DNA from: Phycisphaerae bacterium
GTDB lineage: Bacteria; Planctomycetota; Phycisphaerae; UBA1845
Assembly: GCA_963666835.2 (NCBI GenBank)
Contig: CAXXGO010000006.1
Span: forward strand, 1-64,000
DNA length: 64,000 nucleotides
Direction of reading: 5' to 3'
In this document: positions 1 through 9,176 of the stretch, one piece after another
Layout of the letters: each line of letters starts with the position of its first letter
Position numbering within the stretch: position 1 is the stretch's first letter
The notes under the pieces: model-generated
Told to the model about the DNA's origin: nothing
The model's database searches: none
Seen by the model: only the letters and a program-made list of their open reading frames with translations
Program-made: the position numbers and the translations under genes

Positions 1-234
1 CAAGTTCGCGTCGACCGGGGAGTCCGCCGCACCAATAGGCCGACAACCCCTCCGACGAGGCGGTTCTACCGGGTCTTACGCAAGCGGCCGCCCGGGTATG
101 TCAGGTTAAACGTATACCCACGATTCCCGGTCTGTGCAACGGATGCGGGCCCCACCGCCTTGGCAGCCTGTCGGAGCTCGTTTGACGGCTCCCCGTGACA
201 AGCCAGAGGCGAAGGCACGGTTTGTAACGGCAGA

Positions 235-1041
235 TCACCCGAGTCGGTGAACGCGGTAAAGGAATGAGTGGATTTGCTCCAGAAGCTCGGGGGCATCGGG
301 TTCGTGAGGTAGAACGTGCCCGGACGACGGGCACTCTACGAGTTCGCATTCGGCGTTGACGGGCCGGCAGGCAACGGCAACGGTCGCCTCCCAGGACGTG
401 TACGGATCCTGTCGGCCACCGGCGACTAGCATCGGCACGGTCAGCTCGGCCAATCTGGAATGAACCGCCGCACCGAGCTTCTGAAGCTGCATGAGAGAAT
501 CCAGCGGATACCGATCGTAGCTGTACAGGCCTTTCACCCGGTGGTTCTCCAAGGACCGGGCGCTCTTTTTTGCATAGGGCTTCACGAAGCGGACGAACGG
601 GATCAGCCACCGCTTCGCACCGGTTAGGTTGAACATCGGAGACAGCATCACAACCGATTCGACACGGGGATCGGTTATCCCCGCGCGGGCGGCCAGCACC
701 GCCCCCATAGAGACCCCGATGATCGCGATCGACCGGCAATGCTCGGCGACCCGGTCGATCTGATCCGCCACCGCATCCGTCCAGTCGACCGCCGTCGTCC
801 GGCGAAGCCGCGCGACCGATGTACCGTGCCCCGGCAACAGCGGAGAGGACAGCGTCAGTTCGGGTTGAACCTGCTCCAGATATGCCGCAATCGGCTCAAC
901 CTCCGTAGGTGAGGCAGTCAAGCCGTGGAGCATAATGACCCCCAACCCGCCGGCATTGCCTTCGCGATACCGCGGAGCCGCCGCCGGCGCGATTGGTTCA
1001 TCACCGCCGCAGTTAACGCCGACCTTGCCCGGTGACATCAT
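235..1041 (-). CDS. Alpha/beta-hydrolase (carboxylesterase / monoacylglycerol lipase-like)
   Basis: HGLTASP oxyanion region, GVSMG nucleophile elbow, GRQDP and SGHVL complete a Ser-Asp-His triad; 4-nt overlap with the upstream kinase gene. Confidence 0.85.
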   Translation of the reverse strand: MMSPGKVGVNCGGDEPIAPAAAPRYREGNAGGLGVIMLHGLTASPTEVEPIAAYLEQVQPELTLSSPLLPGHGTSVARLRRTTAVDWTDAVADQIDRVAEHCRSIAIIGVSMGAVLAARAGITDPRVESVVMLSPMFNLTGAKRWLIPFVRFVKPYAKKSARSLENHRVKGLYSYDRYPLDSLMQLQKLGAAVHSRLAELTVPMLVAGGRQDPYTSWEATVAVACRPVNAECELVECPSSGHVLPHEPDAPELLEQIHSFLYRVHRLG

Positions 1042-2009
1042 CGGCCCTTTGCCGCCTTTGCGAGGCCAGCGGTCTTACCGGAGCTCTTTCCATCTTTCGG
1101 CACAAGCACCCGAAGTGCCCGGCGCGCGACGCTTATATCCACGGGAGTGCCGGCAATGAACTCGCCGTCGGCCCACACTTCCAACTCCTCGTCGGACTCG
1201 ATCCGCAACTGTTTCGTCTGGGTGAAATGCACGAACTCACTCGACGTGTGCCGGCGCATCAAGACCATCGGGAGAATCGAGAACGCCCGCAACTTCGAGA
1301 CCCGATCGATTATGCAGAGATCCAGCAGTCCGTCGGTAGGAACGGCATCGGGGGCTATCTCGATTGCTCCGCCGTATGTCGAAGTATTGGCACTCGATGC
1401 AAGAAACACCGCCTGCTCTATTGTTCCGAATTCAACCGTTATGCGCAAATGGCGCGGGCGATACCGAGCGAGTACCCGCAAAGCCGCGTACACGTAAGCC
1501 AGCGTGCCCTTCAAAGGCATGCGCATCGTATCGACGTAACGCGAGACCTCCGCATCAACGCCCAACGTAGCCACGGTGCAGAAATACCGCCCGTTGACGC
1601 AGCCCAGGTCGATCGGCCGCACCGCTCCGCCGTCCAACACGTCCACAATTGCCTCGACGTCGGTAGACACGCCCAGAGCGCCCGCGAAATCGTTGCAGCG
1701 CCCCACCGGCGCCAGCCCCATCGTCGGACAGGCGTCCCCGAGCGTCTTGCGCAGATCGGCCAGGGCGTTGGCCACCTCCTGCATCGTCCCGTCCCCGCCG
1801 CACCCGACCACGCACGTCACCGAGGAACCGAGGGAGCCGCATGCCGCCCGAACAATCCGCTCAGCATCACCCCTGCCTGCGGTCTCGCTGATCATCGTGT
1901 AAGCGCCGCGTTCCCGCAGGCGGGCGGCGACCGCCACGGCCGTACGCCGCCCTCGCCCCCGCCCCGACGTGGGATTGAAGACAATCAGGAATTCACGGCG
2001 CTTGGCCAT
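1038..2009 (-). CDS. Diacylglycerol/lipid kinase, YegS/BmrU family
   Basis: NPTSG, GGDGT, GxxNDFA, YGG and ADGE motifs. Confidence 0.92.
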   Translation of the reverse strand: MAKRREFLIVFNPTSGRGRGRRTAVAVAARLRERGAYTMISETAGRGDAERIVRAACGSLGSSVTCVVGCGGDGTMQEVANALADLRKTLGDACPTMGLAPVGRCNDFAGALGVSTDVEAIVDVLDGGAVRPIDLGCVNGRYFCTVATLGVDAEVSRYVDTMRMPLKGTLAYVYAALRVLARYRPRHLRITVEFGTIEQAVFLASSANTSTYGGAIEIAPDAVPTDGLLDLCIIDRVSKLRAFSILPMVLMRRHTSSEFVHFTQTKQLRIESDEELEVWADGEFIAGTPVDISVARRALRVLVPKDGKSSGKTAGLAKAAKGR

Positions 2010-2052
2010 TATCCTCTCATCCTGCCACCCGCAATGCCCGGCCTACGGACGA

Positions 2053-3288
2053 TCACCTTTCGTTCACCGCGAAAACAGTCTTGACCGTCTTGCTCCGACC
2101 GGTGTTCAACGCGCCGGCGAACGCTGCCCGGTAATCCGCCAGCTTGAACGGCTCACCGGCCAGCGGCGCGATCTTCGGAGCCCACTCGCGCAACAGATCA
2201 ACGGCCACATCGAAGGTCTCACGGTGCCCCTCGCTCGTTTCCTCCGGTCCGTACGCGTAAGCCGCACACAAGGTCAATTCTTTGAACCATAGCGGCGTCC
2301 AGTCGATCCCTCGAGGCATCCCCGGCATCCCCACCAGTACGAAAGTCCCGCCGGACCTCGTAAAACGGATGCCGTCATCGATAGTAGTCGCCGACGCCGC
2401 ACAATCGAACGTCACCGACGCCCCGCCGACCACCAACGGCTTACCCAGCTCCGGCTTCAGTACTTCCGCATCAAGCGCCTTGGCCCATAGGGCGTAGCGT
2501 TCTCGCACTCCCGGCGGAGACTCCAGCAGTTCGCTCGCCCCCAGCCGCAGAGCATGCTCCTGCTGATGAGCGTGCCGAGCGACGGCCACTATCCGCGCTC
2601 GGCAGCCCGTGGCGCGCAGCGCCGCAATCGTCAACAGCCCGATCGCCCCGCACCCGATTACCAACGCCGTGTCCCGCTCGGTCAGCGAAACTCGCAGGGC
2701 ACCGTGCAGCGCACAGGCAAACGGCTCGGTCAGCACGGCCGCCCGATCCGGAATGTCGTCCGGAATGCGATAGACCTGCGAACGATGGGCCACGAGATTC
2801 GTGCCGAACGCCCCACCGGTATCCCGGCAAAAGCCGGTCTGCAGGCCGGGGGAGACATCCCCGCGAGTCAAGTTCCGGCACAGAGCATCGCGCCCCGCAG
2901 CACACGCGTCGCACAGCGGCTCCAGCCCCCGAGCTCGACAGCCCAGCGCCGGGTGCAACACCACCCGATCGCCGACCGATACGTCCCCCGCGTCAGGCCC
3001 GACTTCCGTAACATGCCCGACCAGTTCATGCCCAAGCACAAAGGGCAGCGACGTCACCGGCGCCAGATACGGAGAGTTCATCGCATACACCGTTGCCAGA
3101 TCCGACCCACAGACACCGGCCAGACGCGGGGCAATCCGAACCCACTGATCAGTGGGCAGAACGGGGTCCGGCATTTTCTTCAAAGTCAGCGGCGGCAGGC
3201 TCCTCCAGCAAGAGCCGCGCGCCCGTCGCCCGAGCAGCTTCAAGGCAAGGTAGCGCGGGATACTCTTGCGGTACTCGAGCGCTATCAT
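2053..3288 (-). CDS. Zn-dependent medium-chain alcohol dehydrogenase
   Basis: GVCGSD, GHE, structural-Zn cysteines (C..CDAC..C), EPxxC and GCGAIG Rossmann motif. Confidence 0.9.
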   Translation of the reverse strand: MIALEYRKSIPRYLALKLLGRRARGSCWRSLPPLTLKKMPDPVLPTDQWVRIAPRLAGVCGSDLATVYAMNSPYLAPVTSLPFVLGHELVGHVTEVGPDAGDVSVGDRVVLHPALGCRARGLEPLCDACAAGRDALCRNLTRGDVSPGLQTGFCRDTGGAFGTNLVAHRSQVYRIPDDIPDRAAVLTEPFACALHGALRVSLTERDTALVIGCGAIGLLTIAALRATGCRARIVAVARHAHQQEHALRLGASELLESPPGVRERYALWAKALDAEVLKPELGKPLVVGGASVTFDCAASATTIDDGIRFTRSGGTFVLVGMPGMPRGIDWTPLWFKELTLCAAYAYGPEETSEGHRETFDVAVDLLREWAPKIAPLAGEPFKLADYRAAFAGALNTGRSKTVKTVFAVNER

Positions 3289-4001
3289 CGATCATGCCCC
3301 TCCGCAGTCGTCGCCACCGTCCATCGATGCACCGGCCAGCCACGGGACCGTGCAGTGGCTGCCAGAGCGTTGTCAGGATTAACCGCATGGGGGAACCCTA
3401 CACACTCGAGCATGGGCAGATCGGCAATGCTGTCACCGTAGGCGTGCGACTGCGCCAAGTCGATCCCGTGTTCCGCCGCAAACTGTCGAATGCGCCGGGC
3501 CTTCTCTTCGTCTCCGATCGGCGGGCCGTCCAGCGACCCGGTGAACCGACCGTCGCTTTCCAGCAGAGCCGGGGCCAACACATGGGTGACGCCCAGGACC
3601 CGCGCCAGCGGCGCGATAATGAAGTCAATCGATCCGGTCACCAGAACGACATCGCATCCCGAATCGCGGTGCTCCTGCAAGCAGGCCTCGGCCTCCAAGA
3701 ACCGGCGGGGCCGGATCACGTCGCGGTAACAGTCCTCGGCCTGGCTCTTCACATCGGCTGCCGACAGACCGCGATAGCTGCGGTAGAACACGATGTTGAG
3801 CCGACTGCGGTTGATCTTGTCCAAGACCAGGTACAGCACGCACTTGAGCATGAAGGCGACGTGCCAGAGCCTTCCGACCAGCCGGGACATCCGGCGGCGG
3901 CGGAAATAGTCATAGTAATGCACAATCGTAGTGTGAATGAGCGTGCCGTCTACATCGAAAAAGGCGGCGGCCTTTTCCGCGGGCGCGGCGATGTCGGTCA
4001 T
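3285..4001 (-). CDS. HAD subfamily IB hydrolase (SerB-like; candidate lipid phosphatase)
   Basis: FFDVDGT motif I, VTGS motif II, AYGDSIADL motif IV; ATG at 4001 overlaps the upstream stop (ATGA). Confidence 0.9.
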   Translation of the reverse strand: MTDIAAPAEKAAAFFDVDGTLIHTTIVHYYDYFRRRRMSRLVGRLWHVAFMLKCVLYLVLDKINRSRLNIVFYRSYRGLSAADVKSQAEDCYRDVIRPRRFLEAEACLQEHRDSGCDVVLVTGSIDFIIAPLARVLGVTHVLAPALLESDGRFTGSLDGPPIGDEEKARRIRQFAAEHGIDLAQSHAYGDSIADLPMLECVGFPHAVNPDNALAATARSRGWPVHRWTVATTAEGHDR

Positions 4002-7000
4002 AATGACACCGCCTCGGCACAAAGGGCGGCCACCGACTTCTCGACCTTCTCCGTCAGTTCGCGGAACGCTGCGTAATGGTCGGCGCCGGCGCCGAGCTTA
4101 GGAGGATGGATCGGCGCGCCGAAAAACACCGTCGCCCGCCCGGGGCGTACGAATCGCTGCCCCTTACGGAACAGGCTGTATGTATTGTGGATATAGACCG
4201 GGATGATCGGCACATTCCGCTCGATCGCCAGGACCGCAACTCCGATCTTGAAGGGCTGCAAAGCCCCGTCCAGAGAGCGCGTGCCCTCGGGGAACATGAG
4301 CACCCCTTCGCCGCGGCCCAGAGCGTCTCCACACCGCTTGAGCCCGCGAATGCCGTCCGCCTGACGGTCGAAGGCGATCGTATCGAACACCCTGCCGAAG
4401 ATGAACCGCTTGAGCCGCGTATTGAAGAAGTAGTCCTCGGCTCCCGCTACCCAGATTCGTCGCCGCCCGGCCACCGCCGTCAGCACCGAAGGAGAATCGA
4501 GGTGTGAAGAGTGGTTGGGCGCTACGACAAAACCGCCTTTTTCCGGGATATTTTCGCGATTCACAGCATGCACCCGAACATAGGTGTTCATGAACACCCC
4601 GACGCCGCCGCGCATGAGAAAGCGAATCGGCAACAGCGAAGCCGAGACCTTCCCGTTAAGCCCGGCTGCCGCTTCGCCCGATTCACTCAGGCGCCGTTGC
4701 CAGGCGGACTCGTCGCGGCGCGCCGCGGCCACCGGCTTGCGCTCGCCGATCAGATTGAACAGGTCTTGGACCCGATTCACCTTGGCCGCCGCTTCGTCTC
4801 CGATATGCATGCGGAAACGGGCCTCGACCACGCCCAACAGGTCCATCTTACCGATACTGTCGATCCCCAAATCCAACAGCAAGTGCATGTGCGGCTTGAC
4901 CGACTCTGCGGGCCGGCGACATTGAGCGGCGATCACGTCGCGAACCACCGCGGCGGCCTCCGTGTTCGACCGGGTCGCTTCGAACGAGACGCCTTCCGCC
5001 TGTTCCGCTGCCAGCAACCGCAGGCGCTTATCAGACGCGGATGGCTCTTCCGCCACCACGGTTTCGCGAATCAGATTGCGCTTGGCCTTAAGCGTCGAGG
5101 TCTTGGGCAACTCCCGGTCCCAGAAGTGTAAAACGGCTATGCGTTGATAGGGCGGCAGCGTCTCGGAGATCGACTCGACCGCAACGCGAACCTCGCGCTC
5201 CGCAGACGAAGGGTCGAGATCCGGGTGTCCCGCACAATCGAGGACCACCACGGCATGCACCGCGTCCCCCAAGCCGTCGGCCGAGGGCATCCCGAATACG
5301 CATACCTCGCTGACATACGGCAGATCGCGATAGCGCGTCTCCACCTCGTCGGGATATACGTTCTTGCCCGCCCCGGTGATGATAAGGTCCTTAGATCGCC
5401 CGGTCAGATATAAATACCCGTCTGCGTCCACCCGCCCGAGGTCCCCAGTTCGGAACCAGCCATCGACGAGTACCGCCCGCGTCGCCTCCGGACTGTCCAG
5501 ATAGCCCGACATCACACTGGGTCCGCGAGCCCAGACCTCACCGACGCCTTCTGCGTTGGGATTGCGGATCTCGAGTTCGACGTTCGGCAGCGCCGGTCCC
5601 ACCGACGACGCCCGCCCCGCCCCGGGCGGGTTAACCGCAAGCACCGGCGCCGTCTCGGTCAACCCGTAACCTTCATAAACCGGAAACCCCAGCCGGGCGA
5701 AGGAACCGAACAGTTCCGGATCGAGTCGGGCACCGCCTGAAACGAACAGGCGCAGCCGACCCCCGAACTCCCGATGAACCATGCCGAACAACCGGCGGGC
5801 ATAGCGATGCCCGGTCAAATCGGACAACATCCCCAGCAGCCGGAAAGCCCCGCGCTTCACCACCCCTCCCGCTGCCACGGACTTGGCAATCGAGTCGTGG
5901 AACATGCGAATCAATCGCGGCACGACCAACATGACCGTGGTGCCGGTGGCCTGCATCGCCCCGCGAATCTCCGGCCCTTTCAGATGCTCGACGTAGGTAA
6001 TCGTCGAACCTGCGGCTAACGGCACCAGGAACCCCCCGGTGAACTCGAAAGCGTGATACATCGGCAGAACCGACAGAAACTCGTCCGACGAGTAGACCGG
6101 GTGGACCTGCAATAACGCCGCCGCGTTGGCGATGAAATTGCGGTGGGTCAACTGGACCGCCTTGGGCGCCACCGTCGTTCCCGAGGTAAACAGTATAGAT
6201 GCCAAAGCCTTGTCATCCGCACGCACCGGATCGGGCAAGGCGTCCCGTGACGCCGCCGGCGGCGGAACGAACGGCTGGGCCATCACGACAATCTCAGGAT
6301 CCCCCGCGGCCCGCGCCGAGGTCAAACCGTCCTGGGTCGTCGATCCCGCCAACACCAGGCGGGCTCCGGCGAATCGGACCGCCCCCCATACGTCCGCCGG
6401 GGGCAGTTGCGGGTCGAGCGGCACGGCCGTCAGCCCCGCGCGCATGGCCGCCAAGTACGTTAAGCCCCATTCCGGTGAACTCTCGCCGCAGATTGCCACC
6501 CGATCGCCCGGCGCAAGCCCGCGCTCCGTGAAGCGTCGCATCAGCGTACCGGTCGCGCGCAGAGCCTCATCATAAGTGTACCGCACCCAGCGGTTCCCGC
6601 GCCGAATCTGAAGGGCGTGCTTCTCGGGAAAACGCTCTGCGGAATGCCGAAAGATCTCGAAAAGACTCCCGCTCTTGCGCACGTCCCGGGCCAGCGTCTC
6701 CTCGACTTCCTCCAGCTTGCCGACCGCTCGAATCCGGGCCGACGGCTCCCACCCCGTACCCAAGACGAAGGAACGCACCCCTGGCACGTGGCGGTTGACG
6801 ATATAGTCATCCCAATCCACCACACTCACATCAAAAGGGAACTCCTTGCGGTCGTCGGGATGGAGCCGTTCCGCGATCGCGATCAGGTGATCGTCGGCAA
6901 ACCGGCACTGCAGATGAGTGTACGGCGAGTAGATCTCCGCAAAGTAGATGAGCTGCTCGATCTGCCGGGCGGCACCGGCCAGTTTGCGTGCACGCCGCCT

Positions 7001-8257
7001 GGCGGTGTGAAACCGCTCAAAGAATCGCCGCAAGGACCGCACGCGCCGATGGCGCTGGCGCCAGCGCCTCACAAACGTGTCCGAGTCCATCAACTTGAGC
7101 GGCCGCACCGGGATCGGCTTGCCGTCATCGGAGATCATCGGGCGCTTCTGGAAGGCCCGCTTAACCGCGCGGCAGATCCTCGCAACGGTCGCCGGATGTC
7201 GATAGCTCGAAGCGCAATGGTAGACCGTGGGACGTTCCGCACATCCGTCCTCAACCGCCAGGGTCGCAACCATGGCATTGGCGACGAAATCCACCGGGAT
7301 CAGATCGAGAGGGATGTCCGGTAAACCGGGAAACTCGGTCAGCTTCCCGCGCCCGTAAGCCACGATAATCGGGTCGGCCATGCGCAACCCGTCGATCCAG
7401 CCGGGGGCCGGCTCATCGTAGCTGCCCTCGATGATGGCGGGGCGGAACACCTTGCAGGGGACATCCGCACAATCGCGAATAAGAAGCTGCTCGCCCAGCC
7501 ACTTTGTGAACGTGTAGGTGTCATTCCAACCGTAGGACCGCGCCCGCTGCATTCCAACATTGATCAGCTCAGTCCGACAGGCTTCGGTATCGGCACCGAG
7601 CTTCTCGCATACCGCTCGGGCTTCGGCCTGGAGCGAATCGACCAGCGCATCGAGGTCGAACTCGCCGTCGGCCTTGCGGGGCAGCTTGCCCTGAGCACCC
7701 GCCGGAGCGCTGAAGTCCTCATAGACGGTGTCGTCGCGCACTCCACACACGAAGCAGGTGGACACGTGCATCATCGGCACGTTGCCGCACGCCCGCGCGA
7801 AGGACATCAACCGGGAAGGACCTAACGTGTTCAATCCCACCGCCAGATCCAAGCGTTCGTCGAAGGTCACCGTCGCGGCACTGTTCACCACGAGCGTTAT
7901 CTTGCGGCTGAGATCATCATAGGCCTGCTCGCTGAGCCCCAACCGCGACTCGGTCAGGTCGCCGCCCACCACATGGAGCTTCTCATCGCAAAGGCGCTGA
8001 AACCGATCCCCCATCGTCGCCCGGAGACGATCGAACGCCGGAGATCCGAGCACCTCACGTTCGACTCGCTCCCGCGGCGATCTCCCCCCGGCCCGAGGGC
8101 GCACCAGCAGATGAATCCCCCCGATCGTCTCGACGCTGCGCAGCAGCTTCTCAATGAAAGCCTTGGCCAGAAAGCCCGTGGCCCCCGTTACCAGAATATG
8201 CTGCCCCGCAAGCGACTCGCTAATACGCGGCGTAGAGGAAGTCGTCTCGGAGTTCAC
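3998..8257 (-). CDS. Multidomain fatty acyl-CoA reductase / acyl-CoA synthetase / ACP / acyltransferase (ElbD-like architecture)
   Basis: In order: TGATGFLA and YTFTK (FAR-type SDR); FTSGTTxxPK, YGLTE and WFRTGDLG (adenylation); LGIDS (carrier Ser); NHSSHLD and FPEGTRS (PlsC-type acyltransferase). Confidence 0.92.
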   Translation of the reverse strand: MNSETTSSTPRISESLAGQHILVTGATGFLAKAFIEKLLRSVETIGGIHLLVRPRAGGRSPRERVEREVLGSPAFDRLRATMGDRFQRLCDEKLHVVGGDLTESRLGLSEQAYDDLSRKITLVVNSAATVTFDERLDLAVGLNTLGPSRLMSFARACGNVPMMHVSTCFVCGVRDDTVYEDFSAPAGAQGKLPRKADGEFDLDALVDSLQAEARAVCEKLGADTEACRTELINVGMQRARSYGWNDTYTFTKWLGEQLLIRDCADVPCKVFRPAIIEGSYDEPAPGWIDGLRMADPIIVAYGRGKLTEFPGLPDIPLDLIPVDFVANAMVATLAVEDGCAERPTVYHCASSYRHPATVARICRAVKRAFQKRPMISDDGKPIPVRPLKLMDSDTFVRRWRQRHRRVRSLRRFFERFHTARRRARKLAGAARQIEQLIYFAEIYSPYTHLQCRFADDHLIAIAERLHPDDRKEFPFDVSVVDWDDYIVNRHVPGVRSFVLGTGWEPSARIRAVGKLEEVEETLARDVRKSGSLFEIFRHSAERFPEKHALQIRRGNRWVRYTYDEALRATGTLMRRFTERGLAPGDRVAICGESSPEWGLTYLAAMRAGLTAVPLDPQLPPADVWGAVRFAGARLVLAGSTTQDGLTSARAAGDPEIVVMAQPFVPPPAASRDALPDPVRADDKALASILFTSGTTVAPKAVQLTHRNFIANAAALLQVHPVYSSDEFLSVLPMYHAFEFTGGFLVPLAAGSTITYVEHLKGPEIRGAMQATGTTVMLVVPRLIRMFHDSIAKSVAAGGVVKRGAFRLLGMLSDLTGHRYARRLFGMVHREFGGRLRLFVSGGARLDPELFGSFARLGFPVYEGYGLTETAPVLAVNPPGAGRASSVGPALPNVELEIRNPNAEGVGEVWARGPSVMSGYLDSPEATRAVLVDGWFRTGDLGRVDADGYLYLTGRSKDLIITGAGKNVYPDEVETRYRDLPYVSEVCVFGMPSADGLGDAVHAVVVLDCAGHPDLDPSSAEREVRVAVESISETLPPYQRIAVLHFWDRELPKTSTLKAKRNLIRETVVAEEPSASDKRLRLLAAEQAEGVSFEATRSNTEAAAVVRDVIAAQCRRPAESVKPHMHLLLDLGIDSIGKMDLLGVVEARFRMHIGDEAAAKVNRVQDLFNLIGERKPVAAARRDESAWQRRLSESGEAAAGLNGKVSASLLPIRFLMRGGVGVFMNTYVRVHAVNRENIPEKGGFVVAPNHSSHLDSPSVLTAVAGRRRIWVAGAEDYFFNTRLKRFIFGRVFDTIAFDRQADGIRGLKRCGDALGRGEGVLMFPEGTRSLDGALQPFKIGVAVLAIERNVPIIPVYIHNTYSLFRKGQRFVRPGRATVFFGAPIHPPKLGAGADHYAAFRELTEKVEKSVAALCAEAVSL

Positions 8258-8258
8258 T

Positions 8259-9017
8259 TTACGTCCCTTCCACGAAGGTCGTCGTGGTTTCGTCCGGGCA
8301 GGCCGCTCGAGCAGAGGACTCCAGCCCCGCGGATACGGCCGCCCGCAAGCGGTCGTGAAGTTCGGTGGACGCCATCGCCGCCGCTTCGTCCGCCGAAATC
8401 GGTTTGTTGAACGTCACCCGCACCGGACCGGGACGTACTCTAAACACGCCGCGTCGATGTACGGCCCGCGACCCGGAAATCGAAAACGCCACCACGTCCT
8501 GTCCCGCACGCTGGCATATCTTCATCGCACCCCTGCGAAATGGCAACAAGCCGCCGGTGGGACTGCGCGTTCCCTCCGGAAATACTACCACGGAGGACGG
8601 GGTACGCCGCAGATTCTCTATCATGTTGTCTACAGCCTCCAGCGCGACCCGAGTCCGCGAGCGATTGATCGGAATGTGCCCGAAATCCCTGATTACCCGG
8701 CCAAAAAAAGGTATCCGGAATAGGCTGTCTTTCGCCATAAAGCAGACCCGCTTCGGTAGCGTGGCGCATAAGATCGGAATATCGAGGGCACTCTGGTGGT
8801 TGCCCACGAAGAATAGCGACTTGTCGACGGAGAGGTGCTCGGCGCCCGCCACCGTCAAACGTACCCCTGCCACCGCCACGATAATGCGACCCCACGTCCT
8901 CATACACCACTGCCGCAAACCCGGCGCATCGAAGAAAAAGCCCAGCACGAGCCAGGGCACCCCCAGGATCGCAACCCCCAGTGCGGCTGCCAAAGTTGTC
9001 AACAACGCGCGAGTCAC
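8259..9017 (-). CDS. plsC: 1-acyl-sn-glycerol-3-phosphate acyltransferase
   Basis: NHQSALD (HX4D) and FPEGTRS motifs, N-terminal hydrophobic helix. Confidence 0.9.
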   Translation of the reverse strand: MTRALLTTLAAALGVAILGVPWLVLGFFFDAPGLRQWCMRTWGRIIVAVAGVRLTVAGAEHLSVDKSLFFVGNHQSALDIPILCATLPKRVCFMAKDSLFRIPFFGRVIRDFGHIPINRSRTRVALEAVDNMIENLRRTPSSVVVFPEGTRSPTGGLLPFRRGAMKICQRAGQDVVAFSISGSRAVHRRGVFRVRPGPVRVTFNKPISADEAAAMASTELHDRLRAAVSAGLESSARAACPDETTTTFVEGT

Positions 9018-9176
9018 CCTGTTTCGGACGTCCTAATGCCCATTCCCCAAACCCGACCATGCCTACGGTCCTCCATGCCACGATGGTCAGGCCACAGAAC
9101 AGAGGTGTCAAGCACTAGCAGATGTGCGCCGCCCCGGTGGTAAACCGGACGACGCCGTCATAACATAGAAGTAACG

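Noticed and set aside
1032..2084. Long antisense ORFs (also 14405-15397, 20954-21946, 30636-31853)
   Set aside because: Shadow frames of well-supported genes in high-GC DNA
3998..8257. Interpretation as an NRPS or carboxylic-acid-reductase module
   Set aside because: There is no condensation domain, the reductase is N-terminal and FAR-type rather than a terminal R domain, and a PlsC-type acyltransferase ends the protein
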